A program made the position numbers and the translations under genes. Below the pieces are notes generated by a model. The model did no database searches. It was not told the origin of the DNA and saw only the letters and a list, made by a program, of their open reading frames with translations. A stretch of DNA of 63,990 bases, the filler included, from Jimgerdemannia flammicorona (Eukaryota), in NCBI GenBank assembly GCA_003990765.1. It is 3 parts of 3 records of this genome, joined end to end, with 100 filler letters (N's around TTAATTAATTAA, not from the genome) between each part and the next. Parts side by side here need not be neighbours in the genome. Positions count along the whole stretch, not along the records: positions 21,436 to 42,769 come from RBNJ01001479.1; 2 more parts are not named here. One strand, written 5' to 3'. Of the stretch, positions 24,550-36,446 are shown in pieces. Position 1 is the first letter of the stretch. Each line of letters starts with the position of its first letter.

Positions 24550-25225
24550 GGTCACTGCTTTACACCATTAAACATGTCAAGAGCCTCCTTATATGACTCT
24601 TTCCCAGCATTATACAGCACTTCAGCGGCATCTTTGACCAGGTCAGAAGATGACTGGTATTCGACCTTGTATGTATGAGAATAGATCTGGTGAAGGTGTC
24701 CATGGAATTACAACTAATGGATGGGGAATAAATAGCCCATTAGTCATCATCATCACTATGCATGGGTTTGTAGAGCACAATGTTATACTTGCCTGGTTTG
24801 GTTGCTTTGCAAGATCATCGTACTGGAGCAATAGGTCGTGGCTCAACAGCATGGGGTGCTGCGATTGCAGAGCACTGGACAATGACGTGAATGTGTTCGT
24901 CTGCAGGATTGTTGGCGAAATATCTCCCAATCTTGTGTAGTGCAAGTAGCTCTGTGCTTTCTAGCATCGTTTCGATGTCAAAATCAGTAGTACTCTCCAG
25001 GATGGTGACCTTGTCAGATTCGTCGAGAGATATATCGACCTTCCAAAGTTTGAGGTCTTTGGCATCGAGAGTTGCACCAACTGTATTGATAATTTCCCTC
25101 TTGATCAACTTCTTGAGAGCTGCGATACTTTGAGTCTTACTAACTTCAACTTCGAAAGCATGTTTGGATGGAGGCGTGTTGCCCTGGACAAGGCAGTTGA
25201 GTGTGAGAAAGTTGTTAGCTGACAT
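24550..25225 (-). pseudogene. CRN gene 3: header with truncated C-terminus
   Basis: LNCLVQG..LKKLIK..LKLWKV..HIHVIVQ; TGA at 24817-24815; ends in the KEALDMFNGV tail shared with CRN-2. Confidence 0.75.
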
Positions 25226-25729
25226 TCTGTGTACAAATGGAAGAGCTGTATGTTAGTGGTGATATATAACAGTACACATACAAATAGTGTTTAGTCTACC
25301 AGTTCACACAACTTACTGTTGGTTGTTGTTGTCTGCGTTAGTTGAAGAGTTGGGGAATCGAGTTGTCGCATGTTGCCAAACAGTTATGGATCACATGTCT
25401 TTCGGTAAGTAGATTGTTACTCAATTAAAATCCGTTAAAAGTTTTAGCTGTTCCCCAAGCAGATAAATGTGACTGCGCCTGCCATCCCTTCATAAATATT
25501 AGATAAATATATGTTTGTGTCTTGAATGTATTGCATGTCAGTTCGAAGAACCCAATATAAAAAGGTGTACAAGAGAGAGGTGGATGGGAGTAAAAACCAT
25601 ATGGTAACGATTGAGCGGGATGGGAAGAGGCCAAGATGTTGGTGTACAATGATTGTATAATTGATCGAGCAATACATGTTTTAACATGCTATCCCTTTGG
25701 GATCCCTTCAACAATTACAACGTCCACTC

Positions 25730-26003
25730 ATCTAATGTGCACTGTCTTTCAAGAAGGATCATTGTCTTTACTATATCGTATCAGCTAGAGTGTCCCCTGA
25801 ACTCAAACGGATATGCAATGACCAGGCCGATTGACACAATACCCAGTTCTGCAACTCTGCTGAACCTGTTGGCAAGACATTCGATGATGTCATTTTTCTT
25901 CGTAGCAAACGAGGCGTGTTGGGTATTGTTGAAGAATATACAGGGTGATATAGTTCTGATGGCCTTTTGGAAGTCAACAGTTGGTCATAGCTTTGAATGA
26001 CAG
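25730..26003 (-). pseudogene. Orphan fragment of a paralogous CRN REase C-terminus
   Basis: TVDFQKAIRTISPCIFFNN...IIECLANRF...VSIGLVIAYP aligns by eye with CRN-4 TIDADLAIRTTSPETFFTN...VKQCLADVY...SSIGVLVVQP. Confidence 0.7.
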
Positions 26004-26085
26004 TTTGGGGTTAAGTGTTTTGGGTGTCATATATGACCACCAATTTTTATTAAACTAGACAAAAGTCACCTTTGTATTACATTTG

Positions 26086-29000
26086 TTAAGTATCCTTAGA
26101 TGATCGGGTTGTACATTTCTCTCTTCCATTACTGATCACGGAACTCGTTCGTTTAGTGGCCGGTAAGGGCTTTATAGTTTTAAATATTGCGATATCCTCA
26201 TCGCTAAAAAACGACCTAGCATTTGTGCTATCAATCACGATTGTTAGCTCCTGCGTCTCCTCGTTGTAGCCACCGACAAGGGTGGTCTTTGATGGCTGGA
26301 CGACCAGCACACCGATGGACGATATGACATCAGGTGGATACACGTCCGCAAGACATTGCTTGACCCGCTCCCTCTCTACAACGTTATTGGTGAAAAACGT
26401 TTCGGGCGACGTGGTCCTGATGGCGAGATCGGCGTCGATCGTCAGGGAAAACTTAGCCTGCATGAACACTGGAATGCATGTAATACTGTCGCCACCGCTG
26501 CCATTCTCGGGTGGATGCACACAGATGATAAATACGATGTCTGGACCCGTTGTATTGGGTGGCATGAGAAACATTTCGCGTGGGTCCTCGAGATATGACA
26601 GCAGATTGCCCCGCCCACAGAGATTCTTGGGTCTGGCATCGCTGTGGCGTCGGAGGATGGTAATCCGGCGGGAGAATACCCGAGCAAGCCACGCGTGTTT
26701 GCCAATGAATCGGGTAAACAACGGATGCACGTCCAGATGTGGCTTCAGGTTCCGCGGATTGTCAAACAGGTCAAAGAGCAGCTCCAGCAGATACTGTTCA
26801 AAGAGATGGCCAAGATGCTGTGGTGCCCAGCGGTCTTGGCCCATTTTCCTGAGCACCATCCTGCTGATAGTCGGGCTGTCGCGTGCGATGCTGTCACTGT
26901 CGAGGCCATCGCGAATGAGCCGAAAGTATGCCATTGCTGCCAATGGCTCCGATAGCCCAGCCACCACCACCACTGTGCCCGCCACACCATCGTTGATGCG
27001 GATGAGCTGTGCAAATCCATACTCTACTGTGAGTGCCTCCTCCTTGGGGATGACAATGTTCTCCGAGAATGCATGGTAGTTGAACACTGCCTCTTCGATG
27101 ACCGGCCATATTTTCGACTCGTCGCATATCAGGGAGAGACAGCCCTCGAGTTGTGAGACCAGGAGGTCCACCGTGCTGTCGCGCCAGTACTGTATGATCG
27201 CATTTGTGACTATCGGCATGGCCATTACTGCAGTGTCCCGGATGGCATTCTCCAGGAATTGGACAGTAAATCGACGACGGCCACGAAGATAGTCGAAAAT
27301 AGACTCGATCTGGTTGTCGGTGAATGGACCAAGGAATCGCTCCACGAACAGGCGCATTTCAGCGATGTCGTCAAACCCGCAGGTGACACTGACAAAGTAG
27401 GTCCTGTCAATTGACGCCTTGCCAATTGTGCTCCCGGTGGCATCCATGAGATGGTCGATGCGGAGCCCTATCTCCGCGAGTATGGTGCACAGGACACTGT
27501 GGCCGCCAACGATTCCCATTACAGTGCGCAGCAGTATTGTGAAGTATGAGCGCTTCGTCGTAGTTGACGTGGTGGAGGGATACATGTCCTGCTGCTTAGT
27601 GATGGCGATCTGCGCCTCGTCCATTGCAACCGGTATCTTTGTGGCCTTGGTATGCTCCAGGATCGCATCAACGGTCTCGAGAATATATATTTGGAGGTGT
27701 TCCGAATCGGAACCTGCAAATACCTTCCAGAGATCGATCCAGAAGTCAGGTGGATCGATACCAACACCACCGGGCAGCAACTGCATCAGGAGCCATATCC
27801 TGGGCGTGAATTTGGATGAATGCATCTGGGTCAGCTTCTCGAGGATATAGAGACGCGCCGCCAACACCGCACGGGCCTTGACGAGTGCTTTGGCATTGTT
27901 ACCGTCTAGTTGGTTGCCCCGTAGCCATGACGACACAGAGGCTTTGTCCAAGTCTCCGGACCCCAGATTCACATCCACACCACCAACGTTGAGCATGAGA
28001 TATATGCCGAATGTCCAGCAGAACAGTTTATAAATGCTGCACATCTTTCCAGCTCTGTTGAATAAAATGCAATCAGATATATATATATATAGCATTCGAC
28101 ACAACATTACGTTGGAATGTCAATACATACCCAGATGTTCCAATCAACATGAGCCACACCTGCATCAGCATCTGGTCATACAGCTCACCAAGCTCATCGC
28201 GATCGATAAATCCCAGGTCATCCTTGCTCTCTGGCAGCGAATGCAGTATCAACAATGGCGATCTCCTGCCATTTACCGTTGGTATCTCGGCATTGTTGAT
28301 GTGCATGGCGCACGGATGATTTTCTGTCCGATACGGCTGCAACAGAAAGCCATCAGCGATTATTGATTCGAACTTTGGTTGCCATCTGTGCCACCAGGCA
28401 TCGGCTCTGTTTCAGATTATTTCGAATGACACGTCTGTCCTGTCGTCCATCGATGCAGCTAGCGATGGCGTGTCCGGCATATCTATTGCAGTATAAATGG
28501 CACACATAATTATTGGTTTTAAATCACACCACCCTGTTGGTTTTATATTATCATTCGTTTATAATATTATAGGTATTATTTACAGGAATATACAATTATT
28601 GAAATATACATTGTACTACAGTTGTCTGCTTTTTCTGACTATAAGGCCATTTCAAATCTCATCGTGTTGGTAAAATCATCTTCCCACCCCCACATATCCG
28701 CACAGCATTCACAATCAAAGTCACCCTCCGAAGACTATCACCGCTCCACCTTTTGTTGAATATATTCAAAGTCTTTTTTTGTGAGAATGCTAGCATACCT
28801 TCAATGTCACTATTTTGCACCCCAGATAATGATGGTTCATGTGGGACATCTGCAAGTAAAATATTGATGATATCAGAATATGATAATAAATTTGACGGTA
28901 ATCGATAGCAATAACCCAACCTCCTCACCTGTGAGCGCTTGTGCAGTCAATTTCGAAATGGGTTCAGTGTATCCAATAATGACGTGAATGTTCTTCTTGT

Positions 29001-29319
29001 TCAGCTCGAATGGAAAACATTCTCCAACTTCAAACAATACTGGTAGCTTTTCACCACCCAATATATCGGCAATGGCAGAGTTGGGGTTGACTTGTAATGC
29101 AGTGAGCATATTGTTTGGTGTATATAGCGGTATATCAACCTTCCATAGGGTGAGGTCTTTGGCATTGCAAACCCCAAGAGTTCGAGGATTCATCTCTTTG
29201 ATCCATTCTCTCAGGTTGTCAATACTTGCGCATTTTGGAATTGTGATGGAGAAAACACGGTCAGGAGGAGGAGTGTCACCATGGACAAGACAGTTGAGCG
29301 TGATGTTGTCGGTTGACAT
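26086..29319 (-). pseudogene. CRN gene 4: header, P-loop NTPase, PD-(D/E)xK-type REase (~920 codons), one in-frame stop
   Basis: Exons 29319-28929, 28849-28799, 28482-28131, 28054-26086 join in frame. Walker A GTSG|AGKM spans an intron; Walker B VAMDEAQ; FE..GPDIVF..FMQAK nuclease motif; TGA at 28414-28412. Confidence 0.85.
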
Positions 29320-31321
29320 TCTGTGTACAAATGGTATAGTAACTTAGTTAAAAGGGTTCAGACTGAAACAACAGTGTAGGTAGTCTATCAGTTCATATAT
29401 ATACGTCCTTACTGTAGTTGTTGCATTGGTGGAAGAGCTGGAAATCGAGTTGTCGCGTGTTGTCAAACAGTTATGGATCACGCGAAAGGCAGTCATATAT
29501 ATATATAGTTGGCGTTAAAGTATGATGTCGGCATTCAGAGGTTTATTTATCCACCCCCACAGTCACACATTGGTAAAACAAAGAGAATCGCTATTATTCT
29601 TCGTATTCGATTTATTCCCTTCACCATTTCCTGTACCTCCCAACATATATCGATACACTAACATGGTCGCTAGTCGTTAGGGTCCCCCATTATCATTTCC
29701 GCCTACTCTCATCTATATCGGTATGATAATTGTTCAACCTCTCTATCGTATTCGAATACCAACAGCCCAAACGTCATGGTGTGACCACCATCCATAATAT
29801 ATCTTCACGCAAACAAAACCAAAGATCCCCCAAGACATGACATGGCTTAGGCCTGGGAACAGATGAGGAGAGTGGGAAGAGGAGTTAGTGAGAAAATCAT
29901 GCGAAGAATTGCCGATGCCATTTATGTGCTCATGTCAGCTCCACCAACATGTCCAACCTATCCTTCTCCATAAACCTACTATGTGTGGCAGACCACAAGA
30001 GCACCGTGAGCAAGTCAGTCCCAACGAAATAACATCCATCCTGGAGACCTGCAATTATAAACTGGACATGCTCAAAAACAGGCATGCATCCGCATCAGAC
30101 ACTGCATCTCAAGTCCAATCCCACATGGCGAATGCTTCAAATCTCTCCCATATCTCCCTTTCATCAGCGTCCTAGCACATTCCTCAGCCGTCTGTGGTGT
30201 GCTAACATCCTCGATCTCCATCGGGAACTTGGACTCCGCCTTGTTCTGCGGGCAAACGATGTGGAGATACAATTTAAGAATGAAGACTGGGTCACATTTA
30301 TGAGGGGGAATCAACAAGTGAGGTTGGGAAGCTCACCTTGGTCTCCTAACTGGGGGAGAGATTGCCGCCAGGGAAGTAAGTGTGGACGTTGATGCCATAA
30401 AGGAGGCGTTTGTTGCGGAGGCTATGGGCGAGACCTGGGGTAGTAGAGAGAATTTTTGTGAAGTGAGACAGAATAACGACAATGATTACAATGAGAATAA
30501 GTGTAGGTGTATATCGCGGTGTGTGTACCTCCGCGCCTGAAATCGCCACCTTTATAACCAAATCCAACACCCTTCTCCCGGAGACCACAAAGACTTACCA
30601 TGGACCACACACTTGGCCGACGCATAATCACTGTACATGATGGCATTCATGAAGGACATGAAGATAATTTTTGCCTTGGATGCCATCAGTGGCTATACTG
30701 CGGGTGGATTCCTGTTGGGGAAAGGGGGCGCGTGAGGAAGGAATAAGTGAACATACACTAAAGGGTACAATGTAGTTGATATGAGGTATGAACGTTCGTG
30801 GGCAGTATAGAGCAGGCTGAGGTAGTTGAGCTTACTGTTCTCGAAATCGTCGAGGGGTTTTGACGAGGAGGAGCTTGGGTAAGGATGTGCCTGTGGAAAG
30901 GGATGGTGGTGTGAGGGAGATGGGGGTGTGCTCATGATGTGAAGGGCACAGAATGACATACCGGCACAGGTGAAAATAGCCTTGGTGGCCTCGTCTATGG
31001 CACGGACGGTGATGACAAAGACCTGATGTTTGTTTGGCCTACAACCAGATTCCAGGAGTTTCAACAAAAATTGTCGTTTCACCATAACGGATACTATTCC
31101 ACGTGAAAATGGACAAAGACACGTACCCTAAAGTCCGCCGCTGCCAGCTTCAACTTGGGTTTCCTCCTTGCGACAAACACTCTGTGCTTCATTAGCTTCA
31201 CCAGTTCGATGGCGAGTGCCCTCCCCAGCCCCGTGCTCCCGATAGTGATGTAATGGTGTTTTCCCTCTGGAAGGAAAGGGACACGTGTGGCAGAATGTTA
31301 GATGGCGTCGATGACGCCACA

Positions 31322-32314
31322 ATGTATAATATAGAGGACTAGTGCTGGTGCATCATAGGTGACATCCGACGGGTTTGCCATCTTGATTGCTCATTGGAGA
31401 TCATCAATATCGGTGCCATTGAAGTTTACAAGTTTGGTTGCATGACAGTTTGGAAGCTCAACGCAATACCAAATGGATGGCGTTTGTGGAGCTAATGAAA
31501 TGATAATGCATGTGTGAGAAAGATGTATAATCCATTTATCTGACTACATAGTAATATTTTTGGCCTTTTATCCATCTTCACGCCATATAACCATACTGTA
31601 TTTTGCGATCATTACCAAAGTCCCCCTATTTTTGTTTTACAAGAGTACTAACATACCTTTGACAGTACTATATTCTGTTTGAGCAAATGATGACGACGAT
31701 CCAGATGGAGCATCATCTGTGAATATATATGTATAACATATTTGGAGATAATAATAGTTGTTATTTAAAAGGGTATTGAACATGGTCGACATATGAATTC
31801 AATACTACCACACCATGCATCATTCACTCTGTTTCCCCACAAGTTTGTAATAATTATATATATCTAAAGACAATTCAAGTACTTACTTCTTATTATCGAT
31901 GACATCTCAGCAATGATGTATAGATGCTCCTTGGAAGGATCGTCTGTGAAGATGTCAGCAATCTTGATCCACGGTCGCAGTAATTTTCCGCTGGTCTTGA
32001 AGTCAAACGTAGGGGTAAGTGTCTGTCGTGAGGTCATTCAATGGAATGTCGACCCTCCAGAGTGTGAGCTCGCCAGCATCAATGTTGGCCATCTTGTTTG
32101 CCTTCTCTGTCTTTACCAGCTTCTTGAGATCGCTAATATAGGTAGTGTTTGTGAGCTCAACTTTGAAGACGTGGTTTCCTGGATCGTCGCTATAGACGAG
32201 ACAGAAGAGCGTTATAGCAGATAAGGACTGTAAAGAGTAATAAAACAATGAGCTGTAAGCCCTCAGAGAGCTGAGTGAGTAAGCAAAAATAAATATATAT
32301 ATATATACCTGCAT
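31322..32314 (-). pseudogene. CRN gene 5: header, linker exon, truncated second header
   Basis: Exons 32314-32309 (ATGCAG), 32227-31887 (LFCLV..LKKLVK..LTLWRV, frameshift ~32010, HLYIIA), 31716-31657, 31491-~31322 (PSIWY module). Confidence 0.75.
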
Positions 32315-32479
32315 TGTTGGTTGTTGTCGCGGGTCAAACATTATAACGACTTGTGTTTTATTATTTCTTGACTGTTTACGTCACGCGGATTACCCAATTA
32401 AAACCCGTTAAAAGTTTTAGCTGCTCCGCAAGCGGATAAATGTGACTGCGATTTGGTTACACTCGTGCACACCTGTGGG

Positions 32480-33338
32480 ATCGACAGACAAGAATGCAAG
32501 CCTGCAGGTTCTTCGCCATGCTGATGAGGCATAAGGTATCAACGTATTCGGGTTTGCCAGTCTCGTTATGTTCGAAAACGAGGGTCCTTGTTTTGCCAAT
32601 GCCCTCCACGCAGTGTCCCATGAAATGAAGCGCAGTAGCGGTCTCGGGCTTGTTCATGAGCAATGCATCCATTCGATTGACGGTCAGTGGAGTCACATAC
32701 TCCAATATTATTTTATTGGTGTTGGCATAGTGCTCGTTAATGAAGTTCTGGAACTGATCGTTTAAGTGCAAATCTGGAAGGTTGGCGTCGGGATGATCTG
32801 GTGAGATGACGGGGTCTGGTACAACGACGACAATATACAGCGGAAGTTTTGGTCAGTTCAGTTTGGCTCGATTCGAGCGGTTGGGGTTTGTGTTATACAT
32901 GCGAGAAAATGCGCATTGGTGGACCAGAAACGCATGGTTGCCCCATGCATACTCCCAGGGGATGACGTCAAGATCGAGATCGCCGTTCAGCTCGAGGAGG
33001 ATCTGACGCTTTGGGTGAGACTGCAATATAACCTGCAGTAAACTCGATGCGTTACTGGATGTATTTGCCGAAAACAGGGCCCAGAACAACTTTTTGCCAT
33101 ATTTTTGGAGTTCCGTTGAGTTGGGTTTCTTGTCGAAGACTTCGGCAGCGATGGATCGACCTTCTTCGATATGTTTAAGGTCGAAGGAATGGCTATAAAT
33201 GAGCTCTGCCTGCTCATCATCAGCGCCGGAAACCTTGATGAGGACCCAGGTCTCTTTAGAGTTATCACGGTTGGTATCCTTTGACAATGATATTTGCATG
33301 TTTGTGAGTGAGGGGGTGTTTGTGTGTTCGTAAGTCAA
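32480..33338 (-). pseudogene. CHAT-domain (caspase-like, clan CD) protease, intronless, truncated
   Basis: GKKLFWALF, LDVIPWEY, LYIVVVVPDP, LPDL, LHFMGH, LVFE, then LAFLS in a shifted frame; TGA at 32855-32853. Confidence 0.8.
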
Positions 33339-34769
33339 GAATGCGTGCTTATGTTTGACAAACTATCTGGTGACCTCGGCCAACAAAAGTCACAGTTCAA
33401 AAAACTTGTCACACAAATTATCTACTTTAAGAAAACATGACATCTACTTTTGGAAAAAAATATGCCATATCGTATCATGAACAAAATATCAAAGAAGAGA
33501 AGTTGAGTATGATTGCTATATATATTTCAATCAAATCTGCATTACCAGCCAAACTTGCTTTCACATAACAGACCAGACTCCTTTCTCTACTACCTTACCA
33601 GTTACAAGGTTTGGTAGGCAACCTTCCGAGTCCCCTTTCCCCTATTATTACCCCCTCTACCTTGGGTTGGTTTGCTGTACCTGCAGGGGCATGGTAGGAG
33701 GAGGGCAATAGTGATGAGTTGCCCCTTTATTGGTGTTGGATTGGTGCTTCCTCCACTTTTTCACAGATTCTGGTGCCTTCAGATGTGTCTGGAGTATACT
33801 TGTTTTGGTGCGGCGCTTTCTTCTTTTTGCCGTCACCAACAAGGTGTTGTCTCAGTGTGTCTCAGGCTATGTAGGGAGTTGGCCAATCTTGGGCATCAAG
33901 TGCTCAGTGTAGGTTATCTGCAGGTCCTCAGTGCCTATGGTAGGGCCCTCTGGCTTTGGTGAGCTTCTTAGCAAGCATGGTTCTGGTATAGGTGACTGCT
34001 TTTCGGGTGTTGTCGGGATGGGAGGGGAGATGGCCATTACAGATAGGAGGAAGGGTGATTATGGTGAACCAGTAGAGTGCCAGGCTGGGGGCGGTTGTCA
34101 GGGCTGGGGCAGGTGCTGTTTTGGTGGGGTCTTTTGATTGATATAGTGTGGTTAGGTAGTAGGTATCACTATCGACTTCTTTTGATGGTCAGCGAGGTTG
34201 GGCCCCAGTCATCAGGGGGGGTCGGGAGGCCCGAGGCTACCCATTTCAGACATCTTGGCTACACTCAACTAGAACTGGGAGCTGACACAGCAATGTAATT
34301 GAGGTCTGCAGGCTTGAGTAGTAGAGTATTGGGGATTTCCTCCTGCCTCACATGTAAGTCCTTTACTTACCTCAACTGGGAGAACCAGGCCCTACCCACC
34401 ATATTGTACTTTGATGAGGGTTTTTTCTTTATCTGTCATTCTCTTTGGAGTGGTAGGGGCTATTCTATTTGGCTCAGGCGTGGCCTTGTACATATGTTGG
34501 GTTCTCGGGCATATGCTTTTGATCATTGGCATATAGTTGGGTTTCTCCTAGTAGTAGAGAGAGCATGGTGTGCAGAATGAGGTGCAGGCCTTTTTGGCCC
34601 TGCTGTGCCTGACATGGTTGAGCTACTGGACAATAGCTAGCCTAGGTTAATGGGGTGGCAGTACTTGGTGGGTGGTGGGGGAGGGTTTTGGCCTATATAG
34701 TCTAGATTTCCTTCCAATAAAAATCTGCGGAACATGAGTCTGTTAAACAAAAAAAAAAAAAAAATCATA

Positions 34770-34885
34770 TAACAGACCTCACATTACAGACCTCACCTCA
34801 TATTATAAACCTTATGTTACAGACCTTATGTTGCAGATCTCACATTATAGACTTCACATTATAGACCTCAAATTACAGACCTTAT
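34770..34885 (+). repeat. Tandem repeat, ~14-bp unit (ttacagacctcaca)
   Basis: About eight degenerate copies visible. Confidence 0.8.
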
Positions 34886-35299
34886 AAGATATCTCACACT
34901 TCAGAAAATTCTACAGTCATTAAAGCAACAAGATTTTTGACCATACAAGCTATAATAGATGAAATCTATAATGATATAAAAGAGAATGAAAAAGATAAGT
35001 TGATAAGACTTACTATTATAATAGTAGTAGTAGTAGAAATAAATCTACAATAGCAGTAACAAATTTAAAACTACTTCAAGAAAAAACTCTAATATCTTCT
35101 AACTAGATATATAATGTTCTTCTAAGGTATAATGATAAGAAATATAAAAAGATTTTATATATTAGTAGAGTTATCTTTAATAAATTATATAGTTTCTAAG
35201 ATAAAAAATTATACTATATTTCAGAATAAGTTATCAAACTCTCAGACTCAAGTCTATATTTAAGTTACTATTCTGCTTAAACATCTCAGTAGACTGATA

Positions 35300-35933
35300 A
35301 TATATATATATTAAACTGGTAGTTTTATTTAGAATATCTAAAAGCTCTATTGATATTTTCTATTTATAGTCAATTATAATAATTATAGACAATCTTGATA
35401 AAAAATATATACAGTAGTCTCAGAGTGGTAGACAATATCATGAAGTCTATGCTAGATTTGAATATCTTACTAGATTTTACAGAATTATTAAAATAATTGA
35501 CTATACATATATTCTATTTTAAAAAACCTCTAAAAAGTATAAAGTAATATATATATTGATTAAGAAAAATGAGATATTTACTCAATGTTCAAGCAACTAT
35601 CAACTATCTTAGCTTCTTTACTAGTTATTATATTAGATAGTTTAGATCATATTATAATAGAAGAATATTAATAAGTTAATTATTCTATAATAATATAAAA
35701 TATATATGATAATTATATTATTAAAGATAATAGATATAAATCTTATATACTATATCTGATCTGTCTATATTTAAAATCAAAGCTATTATATAAAAGATCA
35801 TTAAAGAATATTTAATAAGAAACTATTAAAAACAAAAGTAATAATTAAATATATCTTTGCTTACTTAAAGGTAAAATATACTAATTATAAAATAGTTTAT
35901 TATCTAATATTGAGCTAATAATTATCTTATTAT
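35300..35933 (+). mobile_element. PIF/Harbinger-type DDE transposase relic, heavily AT-mutated
   Basis: IIKIIDYTYILF, LNVQATINY..FTSYYIR*FRSYYNRRI, IIKDNRY match IDGTH / LNVQ..G.PGS.HD / GD.GY after G>A and C>T changes. Confidence 0.6.
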
Positions 35934-36405
35934 TATAATATAGCAGATGCTTACTCTTGAAAGTATATCAGATTTCTATATCTTAAAAACTTGACTGTTC
36001 TGACTCTCGCAGAGTCTCTTGAGTTTCAGGAGAGAGTGAGTGAGTTCAAAGTATATCTGCTTGCAGGCTTACTAGTTTCTTTGCTATCTCTTTGCTTTGA
36101 ACTATTTCAATCTGAGGTTTATTCACTCTAAGATACTGGATTATTTATACAAGTTTTGCTAACTATAAGGTGGCTAAGTAATGGCTCATTTCCCAAGTAT
36201 TGAATCTTTTAACATCTGCTAAGATTCTGCTGATTATGAAGATTCTAACATCTCTTAAATCTTTGCAAATGTTAAAGTTTCTGCACTTTGCAAAATATGG
36301 CTGCTATTTTTATGAGGCTAAGCTATATTGGGAATCGGATTCAGGCACTGCAATCAAATATCTAATTCCTCTGTTTCATGTTACTAATTCAGATCAGCCA
36401 TCACA
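35934..36405 (-). repeat. 3' LTR of family B (~472 bp)
   Basis: Begins TGTGATGG after the PPT on the minus strand; matches 42173-42387. Confidence 0.85.
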
Positions 36406-36446
36406 TCTTCCTCCTGAATAGGTGATTTGTCTCAGGAGCATCCTAT

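Noticed and set aside
26282..27850. Long + strand ORFs opposite CRN-4, and Ser/Pro-rich ORFs opposite the LINEs (e.g. 16105-16899, 62705-63436)
   Set aside because: Antisense shadows of real coding frames with no recognisable motifs.
26086..28107. 673-aa ORF as a stand-alone gene starting MLCRML
   Set aside because: Its first 17 codons lie in a canonical 76-bp intron (28130-28055) that splits Walker A; it is the last exon of CRN-4.
23436..32855. TGA recoded as Trp, or endobacterial origin of the island
   Set aside because: The genes have spliceosomal introns, frameshifts also occur, and paralogue comparison points to ancestral CGA.
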